IMG/VR virus record: IMGVR_UViG_3300046703_000036
Location: 1 to 54,358 of that record
Strand: one strand, 5' to 3'
DNA from: a virus
Lineage: Duplodnaviria > Caudoviricetes
Length of the DNA: 54,358 nucleotides
A program made the position numbers and the translations under genes. The notes below the pieces were generated by a model. The model searched no databases. It was not told the DNA's origin and saw only the letters and a list, made by a program, of their open reading frames with translations. Position 1 is the stretch's first letter. Every line of letters begins with the position of its first letter. Positions 47,139 to 54,358 of the stretch are shown here, piece by piece.

Positions 47139-48097
47139 CACAAGCAATATATGAGACAGTCGAGTTGCCGATCGACGACGTTAAGCCGTCAACACACAAC
47201 CCGAGAAAAACATTCGACAAAGAGCAACTCGATATATTAAGGGACTCGATCAAACAACACGCGATCCTTGAGCCGATCCTTGTCCGCAAGGAAGGTCTTG
47301 AGATCATAGACGGCGAGAGACGTTGGAGGTCTTTAAGGGGCAACGGTGCGGCAACCATCGTCGCTCGAATCTATGACGTCGACGAACCAACGGCCGCCGA
47401 GATACGACTAACCGCACAAATGCAACGGGTCGATTTAAGCGACCGTGAGAAGGAAGACGCTCTTTATGAGTTGTGGATTGAAGGGAGCGAGACCGGCCGA
47501 TATGAGACACAGAGAGACATGGCAAAAGCGACAGGAATTAATATTCAGACTCTTAAGCGGTTTATTTCGGCAAAAGGAGAAAGGGCCGCACTACAGGATG
47601 AGGGAATCGAAAATGTCTCAGCGATTGATTTAAGCGAAACACACATACTCAAAGAATCAGACCCCGACGCTCGCAACGAACTACTCATGCAACGGCAAGA
47701 AGGGAACATAACATGGGACGAGATGCGAGAACTAAAGAACATAATCGCCGAGAAGGATCACGGAGATAAATCAGCAAAGGAAATTATTGATGAGTTCAAG
47801 ACAATCAAACAAGAGCAAAAGGCCGAGACTCGGGACGCTTTAAAACGTCGGAAGCTCCAAGGACAAGGGGTCGAGGACATCGTTGTCACCAAAGGGGTGC
47901 AAGAATTCGAGGAGTTCACGTCGGAGAGTCGATTGCTCAAAGACTATCAAGACACATACTCTCGCGTTTGGAGTTCGTTCAGAGTCGACGTCCTCAAGAA
48001 CATGAAGGACGAATCAAAACAAAAGGCATGCGTGAACCTCGTTTGGAAGGTATATAAAGCGTCCGAGGAGGTTCTTAACGAGATGGGGGTTCTCTGA
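47135..48097 (+). CDS. ParB/Sulfiredoxin-like N-domain protein, copy 2
   Basis: NPRKTFD, ILEPILVR and EIIDGERRWRS; HTH TQRDMAKATG. Confidence 0.9.
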   Translation: MTQAIYETVELPIDDVKPSTHNPRKTFDKEQLDILRDSIKQHAILEPILVRKEGLEIIDGERRWRSLRGNGAATIVARIYDVDEPTAAEIRLTAQMQRVDLSDREKEDALYELWIEGSETGRYETQRDMAKATGINIQTLKRFISAKGERAALQDEGIENVSAIDLSETHILKESDPDARNELLMQRQEGNITWDEMRELKNIIAEKDHGDKSAKEIIDEFKTIKQEQKAETRDALKRRKLQGQGVEDIVVTKGVQEFEEFTSESRLLKDYQDTYSRVWSSFRVDVLKNMKDESKQKACVNLVWKVYKASEEVLNEMGVL

Positions 48098-48621
48098 TGG
48101 ATGTCGCACCCAAGGTAAAAAAGCCGACAGTTCATTGGAAACCGCAATGTCGTGTTTTAAAGCGTTGGTTGGATAAACACGCCGGAACATTTTTCAATAA
48201 AGCCTCTTTAAAGGCCGACCTTAGACTGAGTGAGAAGGAATGGTCAAAGACGTACCAATGTTTAACATATTGGCGCGATAAGTTCCGAGACTATATGGCG
48301 TATCGTTATGACCGAGGGAAGATGAACGGCCCCGATCACGCCGCACTCCTTGAGGTTGCATATCGGGACTTCTATGCCGAATGGGGCATGCAACCGTTCT
48401 ATAATGACGGCGTCGAGTATTATGTCCCGGATCTTAGAGATAAGATCGTCATAGACAATAGGCGCTTAATTCGCAAAGCATACGGGATCGAGACCGTTGC
48501 TCGTGAGTCGTTGCATAGTAACGTCACGTTAAGGGACGGGACTCCAATGACTGCAATAATCGGGGACATCGAACAGATCAAGCAAAAATTACTCGACGGA
48601 ATGGATAGCAAAAGGGGTTAA
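48097..48621 (+). CDS. ParB-partner hypothetical protein, copy 2
   Basis: TGATG-coupled to ParB; homologous to 36547-37251. Confidence 0.7.
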   Translation: MDVAPKVKKPTVHWKPQCRVLKRWLDKHAGTFFNKASLKADLRLSEKEWSKTYQCLTYWRDKFRDYMAYRYDRGKMNGPDHAALLEVAYRDFYAEWGMQPFYNDGVEYYVPDLRDKIVIDNRRLIRKAYGIETVARESLHSNVTLRDGTPMTAIIGDIEQIKQKLLDGMDSKRG

Positions 48622-48638
48622 TCAAACCTCTCTTTTTT
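48612..48638 (+). terminator. Hairpin plus poly-T terminator
   Basis: AGGGGTT/AACCTCT stem, then a T run. Confidence 0.6.
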
Positions 48639-48668
48639 TCCACTATTGAATACATACAATACATACAC

Positions 48669-48727
48669 TTATATACTGAAGGGTGCATGTATAGTATTAG
48701 ACAAGCGGGACGGGGCAACCCGGCCCG
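48669..48727 (+). promoter_or_regulatory. TATA box plus 5' GNRA hairpin
   Basis: TTATATAC at 48669; CGGG-GCAA-CCCG at 48711-48722 with outer CGGG/CCCG. Confidence 0.6.
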
Positions 48728-48744
48728 GGAGTGGTGAACAAAAA

Positions 48745-49014
48745 ATGACTCAAAATCTTGGGACTTGTATAAGGTGCGACGCAAAGACTCTTAATCACGA
48801 CCGTCTTGACAGCGGATACGTCTTTTTTATCTGTGAAGACTGCGAGCGCGTCCGCAACCGAAGCGCAATCGAGGAGCTTAGAACGGTCTTAGTCGACAAT
48901 AAACTCCCCGACGAGACGACCTTTAACCACTGCGAGCATGAGGAGTGTCACGGTTGCTCACTCAGCATGGCACACTGCGACGGATGCCCGACGAAGCACC
49001 CGGAGAAGTTCTAA
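48745..49014 (+). CDS. Cys-rich protein
   Basis: GGTGA SD before ATG48745; several CxxC motifs. Confidence 0.65.
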   Translation: MTQNLGTCIRCDAKTLNHDRLDSGYVFFICEDCERVRNRSAIEELRTVLVDNKLPDETTFNHCEHEECHGCSLSMAHCDGCPTKHPEKF

Positions 49015-49036
49015 GGGGGCCAAGGCTCCCTTTTTT
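49013..49036 (+). terminator. Hairpin plus T-tract
   Basis: G-rich/C-rich stem around CCAAG, followed by TTTTTT. Confidence 0.55.
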
Positions 49037-49052
49037 ATTGAGGTGATGAAAA

Positions 49053-49250
49053 ATGGCTAAGTTTTTAAAAGAGTGTGAATACTGCGGCCGCACGTTTGAC
49101 CCCGATGAGGACTACGACGACGGCGGCTATTACTCTGAGGAATATTGCTCCGCTCGTTGTGAGTCGGCGGATGAATCATTCCGAGCCGCTCAGGACGCGG
49201 CCGACGCCAAATTTGTCGAGATGGCATACGGCCCCGAGGACGTGTTTTAA
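49053..49250 (+). CDS. Zinc-finger (CxxC...YCS..C) protein
   Basis: CEYCG...YCSARC. Confidence 0.7.
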   Translation: MAKFLKECEYCGRTFDPDEDYDDGGYYSEEYCSARCESADESFRAAQDAADAKFVEMAYGPEDVF

Positions 49251-49376
49251 ATGTATTGCACATGGTACGGACGCGACGTAACGGGGCGCTTCTGCGAGGA
49301 TTGCCCCCGTTACACTAACGTCGTCGATCGCGACGGCGTATTGGAATGCTTGCATATTAGGGAACGGGAGACATAA
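49251..49376 (+). CDS. Small Cys-rich protein (not in ORF track)
   Basis: TAAATG junction; MYC...CEDC...C. Confidence 0.5.
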   Translation: MYCTWYGRDVTGRFCEDCPRYTNVVDRDGVLECLHIRERET

Positions 49377-49425
49377 CGTTACTAATATATACATAGAAGA
49401 CTATTATAGGTGAGGTGAAAGACTT

Positions 49426-49605
49426 ATGGCAAAAGTATTCGTTGAACTATCCGACGGCGACTCAGTTCAAAAGAGAGGTCTTATTGAAATCTCCCGGGAG
49501 AACTATGAGAAGCTCGAGAAGATACGTGAAGACACAGAGATCGCGAGCGGACGCAAGACCACAATAGACGACGTCTTATTCGAGCTGACTTATGGCCGCT
49601 ATTAA
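49426..49605 (+). CDS. RHH-like protein (not in ORF track)
   Basis: GAGGTGA SD; IEISRENYEKL...TIDDVL. Confidence 0.6.
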   Translation: MAKVFVELSDGDSVQKRGLIEISRENYEKLEKIREDTEIASGRKTTIDDVLFELTYGRY

Positions 49606-49876
49606 GCAATACAAGCGGAGCCTCGACATCACAGAGCCGACCGGCCCGCTCTCGTTTGGGACGATATGCGTCGGCAAGTTTGGCGAGTCTTTGGACTGTT
49701 ACGTCCCGATTGAATTATGCTCTATTTGTGAGTGGGGCTCGACTAACATCAATCATGGCCGTTACTGCTCGCACCCCGACGCATTAAAGAATTGGAGGAG
49801 GTTGCTCAATGAGCAGCATGAAAAAGCATTTTTCAGAGTATTTAAAAGAGAGAAAAATCACGGGCGACGAGATTAG
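49592..49876 (+). CDS. Cys-rich hypothetical protein
   Basis: C...CSIC...CSHP. Confidence 0.5.
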   Translation: MAAIKQYKRSLDITEPTGPLSFGTICVGKFGESLDCYVPIELCSICEWGSTNINHGRYCSHPDALKNWRRLLNEQHEKAFFRVFKREKNHGRRD

Positions 49877-50087
49877 ACTCGACGTCATACACGACTTTTT
49901 AGCTCTCTATGAGTTGCCTATGTTTATCAGTGTCCCCGACGCCGGGGCTCTTATCGGGGTCTCAAGGAACGAAGCCTATAAGATGGCAAGAGACGGCCGA
50001 CTCCCGATCGTGCATGTCACCGGCCCCGGACGCAAGAGAATCATGGTTAACACACGCAAGTTTTTGGAATTATTGGAGGAATCATGA
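49809..50087 (+). CDS. Excisionase-like (MerR-type HTH) DNA-binding protein
   Basis: ISVPDAGALIGVSRNEAYKMARDGRLP. Confidence 0.8.
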   Translation: MSSMKKHFSEYLKERKITGDEIRLDVIHDFLALYELPMFISVPDAGALIGVSRNEAYKMARDGRLPIVHVTGPGRKRIMVNTRKFLELLEES

Positions 50088-50323
50088 CACTCAACGACGA
50101 AATAGAACAACTGAGAATCGAACCATATAAGCAAGACCGACAACTGCTTGTCAAGATCAAGGACATGCTCGAGGACAACGGGTTTAAGTCTACCTTTTTG
50201 GACACGACAATCTTTGAGCCCGCTAACTTAGTATTTAAAAAAGAGGAGAGCCCGATAACCGTCAAGATATTCCTATCGCGAGAGCTGCGAGGCTCTTTAA
50301 TCTTTGAGGGTTTGAAACGTTAA
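50084..50323 (+). CDS. Hypothetical protein
   Basis: GGAGG SD; ATGA coupling. Confidence 0.6.
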   Translation: MTLNDEIEQLRIEPYKQDRQLLVKIKDMLEDNGFKSTFLDTTIFEPANLVFKKEESPITVKIFLSRELRGSLIFEGLKR

Positions 50324-50338
50324 GGAGGTGAAAGAATT

Positions 50339-50461
50339 ATGGATAGGGTTGCTCAAGTTGCTCAAACGAGCGAAGCAGATACGAAATACCTATTGGACTT
50401 GATAGACGAAATCGAAGCACGACTCGAGAGAATCGAGATGAATAAGGGGTGGGGAAATTGA
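50339..50461 (+). CDS. Small helical protein (not in ORF track)
   Basis: AAGGAGGTGAAAGAATTATG start. Confidence 0.6.
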   Translation: MDRVAQVAQTSEADTKYLLDLIDEIEARLERIEMNKGWGN

Positions 50462-50629
50462 CATTTGAAGACACAATAGGACTCGACGAATACGACTTTG
50501 TGTTCGTCACAACGATGGAAGACGACGACCGGATTCAAGTGATAATTCGCAAAAACAAACAAGACGTCGGCTTTTGTTTTATTAGCCGAACGATCTTAAA
50601 GGGGCTCGTAAAAGCTCCGAGGTGAGGAC

Positions 50630-51028
50630 ATGGACGACACACTCGCGGGGCCGATTATAGCGGCCAAACGCAAGGAATTAGACGACGCAGCGGACGAGAT
50701 TTTAAAGTTGTCCGAGGACATAGCTCGGGACGATCTTCTCGCAAGCGAGTTCAAGGATCAAATCGCACTTAAAGAGGCGACGATCCGGGTCGGCGTATCA
50801 ACGGCCATGAACAAGGAGACGGGGAGAGCCCGCTATCCTAACATTGACGCACAAAACGCCGAGACACTTATCGAGTTAGAGGACGAGATCGACTATTCAA
50901 CTATCAAGAACACGCTCCTCGACACGCTCTTGGGAATTGAGATCAAGAAGGCGAAGCGAACCCGGCTCGAGCAGAGAAGACACGACGTAAGAACAGAGGT
51001 CGAACTAACGGCCGCACTATTGAGGTGA
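50630..51028 (+). CDS. Coiled-coil hypothetical protein
   Basis: GAGGTGAGG SD; heptad pattern. Confidence 0.7.
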   Translation: MDDTLAGPIIAAKRKELDDAADEILKLSEDIARDDLLASEFKDQIALKEATIRVGVSTAMNKETGRARYPNIDAQNAETLIELEDEIDYSTIKNTLLDTLLGIEIKKAKRTRLEQRRHDVRTEVELTAALLR

Positions 51029-51032
51029 AATA

Positions 51033-52004
51033 ATGGTTGATATAATAGAGAACAAGATCCCGACGGAGTTCGTCGGAGGATATATATTAGACAAATACGG
51101 CGTTGAGGTCGGGGAGCTATGCCGAGAAGCAAGGGCTCCCGAGGGGCTTATTATGAACCTCCTCATGTTCGGCCCCGACGCACTCGCCGACGCTTACCGG
51201 CTCGGATCTCCCGAAGTGGTCGAAGCAGCATGCAAGGTCTTTTACTCAAAGGCCGGAATACCCCGAGGAATCTTTTGGATGCGTCTCGATGACACAGTCT
51301 ATAAGCTTAGAGAGTCTATGAAGCAACCAGCATTTAAGGCGGTCGATGAATCGGAAGCATACGACGAAAGCTTCCCGATAACGACGATAGTGCCTAAAGA
51401 GTCGGCGGTTAAGATCCCCGGGCATAGGGCATCAAAAGGCAAGAAGCTAAGCAGCACGACTTTGGCGAAGCGAATGGTCACATCGCTCCATAACGATCAA
51501 AACAAAAAGAAGGGGCAAACGATCCGCCTAACGCCCGCGAGAGCTGCTCTTGCAGCCCGAGGGATCTCAGTCGACACGGTTCGGGCAAAGATGGGCGTCT
51601 CGACAAATATTGTCTACCCTCTATTTGATGGAATGGCCCCGTCGATTAAGAACGTCGATCTTATCAAGAGGGCCAAGAAAAATATGGCCGACTACTTGAT
51701 TAAAGACCTTGGCTTGCCGCTTGATCCTAGAGACGTGTTTAAGCTGAGGAATTTTGTTTGGGATGATAAAGCGTTCCGCTTTGTGCAACCGTCTAAAAAG
51801 AGCAAAGCGACGTCTATCGGCTTTGAGCCTTTGACTCCCGATGAGGCAAAGGTTCTCAGCGGGCAAATCAAAAAGAGCGAGTTGGACAAAATAACATGGT
51901 CTCCTCCGACTACGTTCAAACCCGACGTCGTTTATGTCTTTGACGACCCGGGAGACAAACTCGGCATATTGACCCGGATCAAGAATTGGTTTAAGGGGGA
52001 CTGA
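51033..52004 (+). CDS. Hypothetical protein, possible DNA-binding region
   Basis: 323 aa; HTH-like RGISVDTVRAKMGVSTNIVY. Confidence 0.7.
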   Translation: MVDIIENKIPTEFVGGYILDKYGVEVGELCREARAPEGLIMNLLMFGPDALADAYRLGSPEVVEAACKVFYSKAGIPRGIFWMRLDDTVYKLRESMKQPAFKAVDESEAYDESFPITTIVPKESAVKIPGHRASKGKKLSSTTLAKRMVTSLHNDQNKKKGQTIRLTPARAALAARGISVDTVRAKMGVSTNIVYPLFDGMAPSIKNVDLIKRAKKNMADYLIKDLGLPLDPRDVFKLRNFVWDDKAFRFVQPSKKSKATSIGFEPLTPDEAKVLSGQIKKSELDKITWSPPTTFKPDVVYVFDDPGDKLGILTRIKNWFKGD

Positions 52005-52132
52005 AATATGGACGAGATAACCAAGTTTCAAGAGGCTTGTTTACTATTACTCGCGGCATTGCTATCGGCCCCGTTTGTTTTTGTGTGGGGCATTGCGACC
52101 GTGATTGATTGGATCGCTAAGAAGGCGGCAAT

Positions 52133-52330
52133 ATGACCCAAGAGGAAGTCTTCAACGTGCTTAAAGCGACACGGCGAGCACTCACAAAAGACGAGATCGC
52201 CGGAGTAATAGGTACGACCTCAAACAACGTCTCACAGAACCTTATTAGACTACGAAAAAGGCGCGAGGTTGAAGTGGTAAGAGGCCCGGGCAAATTCAGA
52301 TACACGCTCAAAGCCGGACTTAGGGACTAA
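52133..52330 (+). CDS. Winged helix-turn-helix protein
   Basis: ALTKDEIAGVIGTTSNNVSQNLIRLRK; similar to 40048. Confidence 0.75.
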   Translation: MTQEEVFNVLKATRRALTKDEIAGVIGTTSNNVSQNLIRLRKRREVEVVRGPGKFRYTLKAGLRD

Positions 52331-52335
52331 AGAGA

Positions 52336-52509
52336 ATGACAATCGACGAACTCCATGTCTTGGTCATAGCGTTAACAATAGGCGGCGCTTCGATGTTCAT
52401 AGGGGGCTCACTCATACTCAATACGGGAAACCTCATGGGCCTCGTCTTTATGACCTTTGGATTCGCCGTTCCTGTTCTAACGTTTGTGATTATGGAGAAC
52501 ACAAGATGA
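52336..52509 (+). CDS. Two-transmembrane small protein (not in ORF track)
   Basis: Two hydrophobic segments. Confidence 0.5.
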   Translation: MTIDELHVLVIALTIGGASMFIGGSLILNTGNLMGLVFMTFGFAVPVLTFVIMENTR

Positions 52510-52667
52510 GCGTAACGTATCTTTTAAGCGTCGCGATAAGTGGTTTATCATTTGGAGTCGGAGCTTACTTTGTCACATCAAAGCTGCTCTATGCGTTCTT
52601 ATTTATGGGCGTATCGCTCGCGGCCTTACTCTATGCGAAGCGCCTCGAGGAGGGTTTAATTGAATGA
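52506..52667 (+). CDS. Two-transmembrane small protein (not in ORF track)
   Basis: ATGA coupling at both ends; hydrophobic. Confidence 0.5.
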   Translation: MSVTYLLSVAISGLSFGVGAYFVTSKLLYAFLFMGVSLAALLYAKRLEEGLIE

Positions 52668-52861
52668 CAAGTGGAGCAATGTCTAACTCAAACAAGTCGC
52701 GCAATTGGAGGGAGCGCAAGGTTCACGACGGTTATTTGCGCGTCACCATTTGGCTCGAGCCCGATTATGCTGCAAGACTCTCTCAGTATGCCTTTAAAGA
52801 GATGGTTCCCAAAGGAGTCGCGGCCGAGAAGCTCATTAAGAAGTGTTTGGAGGCTAAATGA
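52664..52861 (+). CDS. RHH-like protein
   Basis: RVTIWLEPDYAARL...AAEKLI. Confidence 0.55.
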   Translation: MTSGAMSNSNKSRNWRERKVHDGYLRVTIWLEPDYAARLSQYAFKEMVPKGVAAEKLIKKCLEAK

Positions 52862-52956
52862 CTTTTATTGAACTTCTTGAATGGCTTGAGGAGCAAGGAG
52901 TACACATTAGAACGGTTTGCTTATGGTCTAAAGAAAAAGAAGGCGAAATAAAATGA
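52858..52956 (+). CDS. 32-aa protein ending EKEGEIK (not in ORF track)
   Basis: ATGA coupling at both ends; ends in the recurrent junction motif. Confidence 0.45.
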   Translation: MTFIELLEWLEEQGVHIRTVCLWSKEKEGEIK

Positions 52957-53093
52957 CTAATTGTCCTAGATGCGGTCAAGAAATATTTACAACGCTTTCA
53001 TTAACTGATTGGGTGGGTAATACCATTATCCAGCCGTGTTGTTATAATTGTTACCAAGCGGAACGGGTAAGGCAAGAAAAAGAAGGCGAATAA
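52953..53093 (+). CDS. Zinc-ribbon microprotein ending EKEGE (not in ORF track)
   Basis: CPRC...CYNC; ends in the recurrent junction motif. Confidence 0.6.
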   Translation: MTNCPRCGQEIFTTLSLTDWVGNTIIQPCCYNCYQAERVRQEKEGE

Positions 53094-53378
53094 ATGACAG
53101 CCGGACAAGTATCAGCACAAGAAGGCAAGCAACGACACAAGGTAAAACATACGAGCGTCACACTCACAAGAGACCGCTATAATAAGGTCGTTGAATACGC
53201 AAGAGAGGAGAATATCTACATAACGCAAGCACTCGAGCGCATAGTAGACCAATACTTCGAGGTTAGACAAGGCTTTAAGGAACTTCAAGAAGCGTCAGAA
53301 GCGGAGTATAAGGCGAAGTTACGTCAGCGCGAGGCATGGCTAACTGACTATCTTAACAAGAGGCGACAAAATGAGTGA
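53094..53378 (+). CDS. RHH plus coiled-coil protein
   Basis: TSVTLTRDRYNKV...ITQALERIV. Confidence 0.6.
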   Translation: MTAGQVSAQEGKQRHKVKHTSVTLTRDRYNKVVEYAREENIYITQALERIVDQYFEVRQGFKELQEASEAEYKAKLRQREAWLTDYLNKRRQNE

Positions 53379-54129
53379 CGGAGCATACACATACTTCCTT
53401 AAGAAGTATTTCGACGTTTGGAAAGACGAATGGAAGCTCGATTTAGACAAGGCCGACGTAAAGGTCATGCTCTTAAAGCCCGGTTACAATCCGAGTTGGA
53501 CTCGCGACAAGTTCGTCGAGCAGATCAAAAAGCATGAGATCAAGAAGGGCATGGTCAAGAAAAAGGTTCCGCAAGAGGTCAAACGCGATCCGCTTACATA
53601 TTTCAGTCATTGGACGACAGTGGACAAGACCGAGGAAGTTGAAATAGAAGTCCCAAACGGCTACGACGAAGGCGGCAAGAGCATCGGCCCGCTTGGCTCA
53701 TATCAAAGGCAGCAACGTTGTTTAAATGTATTTGACGAGTGGGAAGATTGGACGGTCACAACACTATATGCTAAAAAGGAGGCCGTCGGTTGGGGCATGG
53801 ACGACACGCTCGAGGAATACCCGAACAAAGCAACGTTAGTCGTCGGCTCAATGGTCTTCTATCTAAACAACGGGACGGACAAGAACTCAGTATTAATCAC
53901 TCACTGCGAACTTGGCCATAAATGCGAGAACGGATCGTTTAACATAGTGTTTAATCCCCGGGGAATCGCAAAAGCAAGCATCTTAAACGGCGACAAGAAG
54001 ACGCTCTTTGCGGATAGGGGCATTCATTGGACACAAGGTCGGGGATGTCGTAAAAAGAAAAGGGAGTATTCACCGGAAGCCATGGAAGACATTGAATTGG
54101 TGACATCGGCCGAACCTATCAAATATTAA
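53371..54129 (+). CDS. Diverged homolog of structural protein 9242-9688
   Basis: VKVMLL...Y.P, NGY..GGK.I and NGSFNIVF..GI align with 9242; carries charged insertions. Confidence 0.6.
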   Translation: MSDGAYTYFLKKYFDVWKDEWKLDLDKADVKVMLLKPGYNPSWTRDKFVEQIKKHEIKKGMVKKKVPQEVKRDPLTYFSHWTTVDKTEEVEIEVPNGYDEGGKSIGPLGSYQRQQRCLNVFDEWEDWTVTTLYAKKEAVGWGMDDTLEEYPNKATLVVGSMVFYLNNGTDKNSVLITHCELGHKCENGSFNIVFNPRGIAKASILNGDKKTLFADRGIHWTQGRGCRKKKREYSPEAMEDIELVTSAEPIKY

Positions 54130-54211
54130 CACAAAACACGAATCATAAGCGAGTGATTTGTACAATACGACACAGATATTAGAACAACGCGAAAAGGACA
54201 CGGTGAGGAAC
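54085..54211. repeat. Terminal direct repeat, copy 2
   Basis: Identical to 1-127. Confidence 0.95.
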
Positions 54212-54212
54212 T

Positions 54213-54358
54213 ATGAGCATAAAGCGAAGGATTGACAACGAAATAGGCGAGATAGAGTTCGTTGTCTTTGTATTGTCGCTTGGCATAGTCGAGGCATACG
54301 ACTATCTTAAGAGCAAGGCAACGGGCAAGAAATGGATGTTAGAAAAAGAAGGCGAATA
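54213..54358 (+). CDS. Small membrane protein (allele B), cut at the probable stop codon by the window end
   Basis: MSIKRRIDNEIGEIEFVVFVLSLGIVEAYDYLKSKATGKKWMLEKEGE, then TA. Confidence 0.7.
   Translation, partial: MSIKRRIDNEIGEIEFVVFVLSLGIVEAYDYLKSKATGKKWMLEKEGE

Noticed and set aside
49245-49340. Non-coding RNA suggested by TTTTAAAT and the GTAACGGGG/CCCCGTTAC hairpin
   Set aside because: It lies within a plausible 41-aa Cys-rich ORF (49251-49376) joined by TAAATG; a coding explanation is sufficient.
696-52502. Minus-strand ORFs in the track (for example 17899-18684, 20638-21471, 2862-3428)
   Set aside because: They shadow well-supported + strand genes and have no recognisable motifs.

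Overview
The window looks like an essentially complete genome (about 54,084 bp as a circle; positions 1-127 recur exactly at 54085-54211) of a long-tailed, HK97-type Caudoviricetes virus. All credible genes are on the + strand. The host is probably an archaeon, most likely Halobacteriota/Methanomicrobia-like. This is an inference from GGAGGTGA ribosome-binding sites, TATA boxes about 25 nt before leaderless starts, archaeal-type ribbon-helix-helix (RHH) proteins, a PD-(D/E)xK nuclease I associate with Methanomicrobia, and YkgJ-like proteins. Layout: portal, prohead protease and major capsid protein (1.9-6.3 kb); an unusual ~9.6 kb block of decoration/adhesin genes (6.3-16 kb); neck, tail tube, frameshifting chaperone, tape measure, Dit, hub and receptor-binding proteins (16-32.3 kb); holin-like membrane genes (32.3-33.2 kb); an AT-rich origin-like gap (33.8-34.0 kb); then accessory/early genes. 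I recognise no integrase, polymerase, primase or helicase. Most notable: (1) a TATA-preceded hairpin RNA (38682-38772) carrying a segment exactly antisense to a ribosome-binding-site-plus-ATG motif shared by several viral genes; (2) next to it, a 157-nt tRNA-shaped RNA whose anticodon loop is replaced by a structured insert; (3) a large terminase split into ATPase and nuclease genes around a small Cys-rich ORF; (4) probable ATA/ATT start codons; (5) a duplicated module of a ParB-like gene and an unknown partner; (6) a recurrent gene-junction motif and an alternative allele at the contig end. All family assignments are by-eye motif recognition, not database searches.
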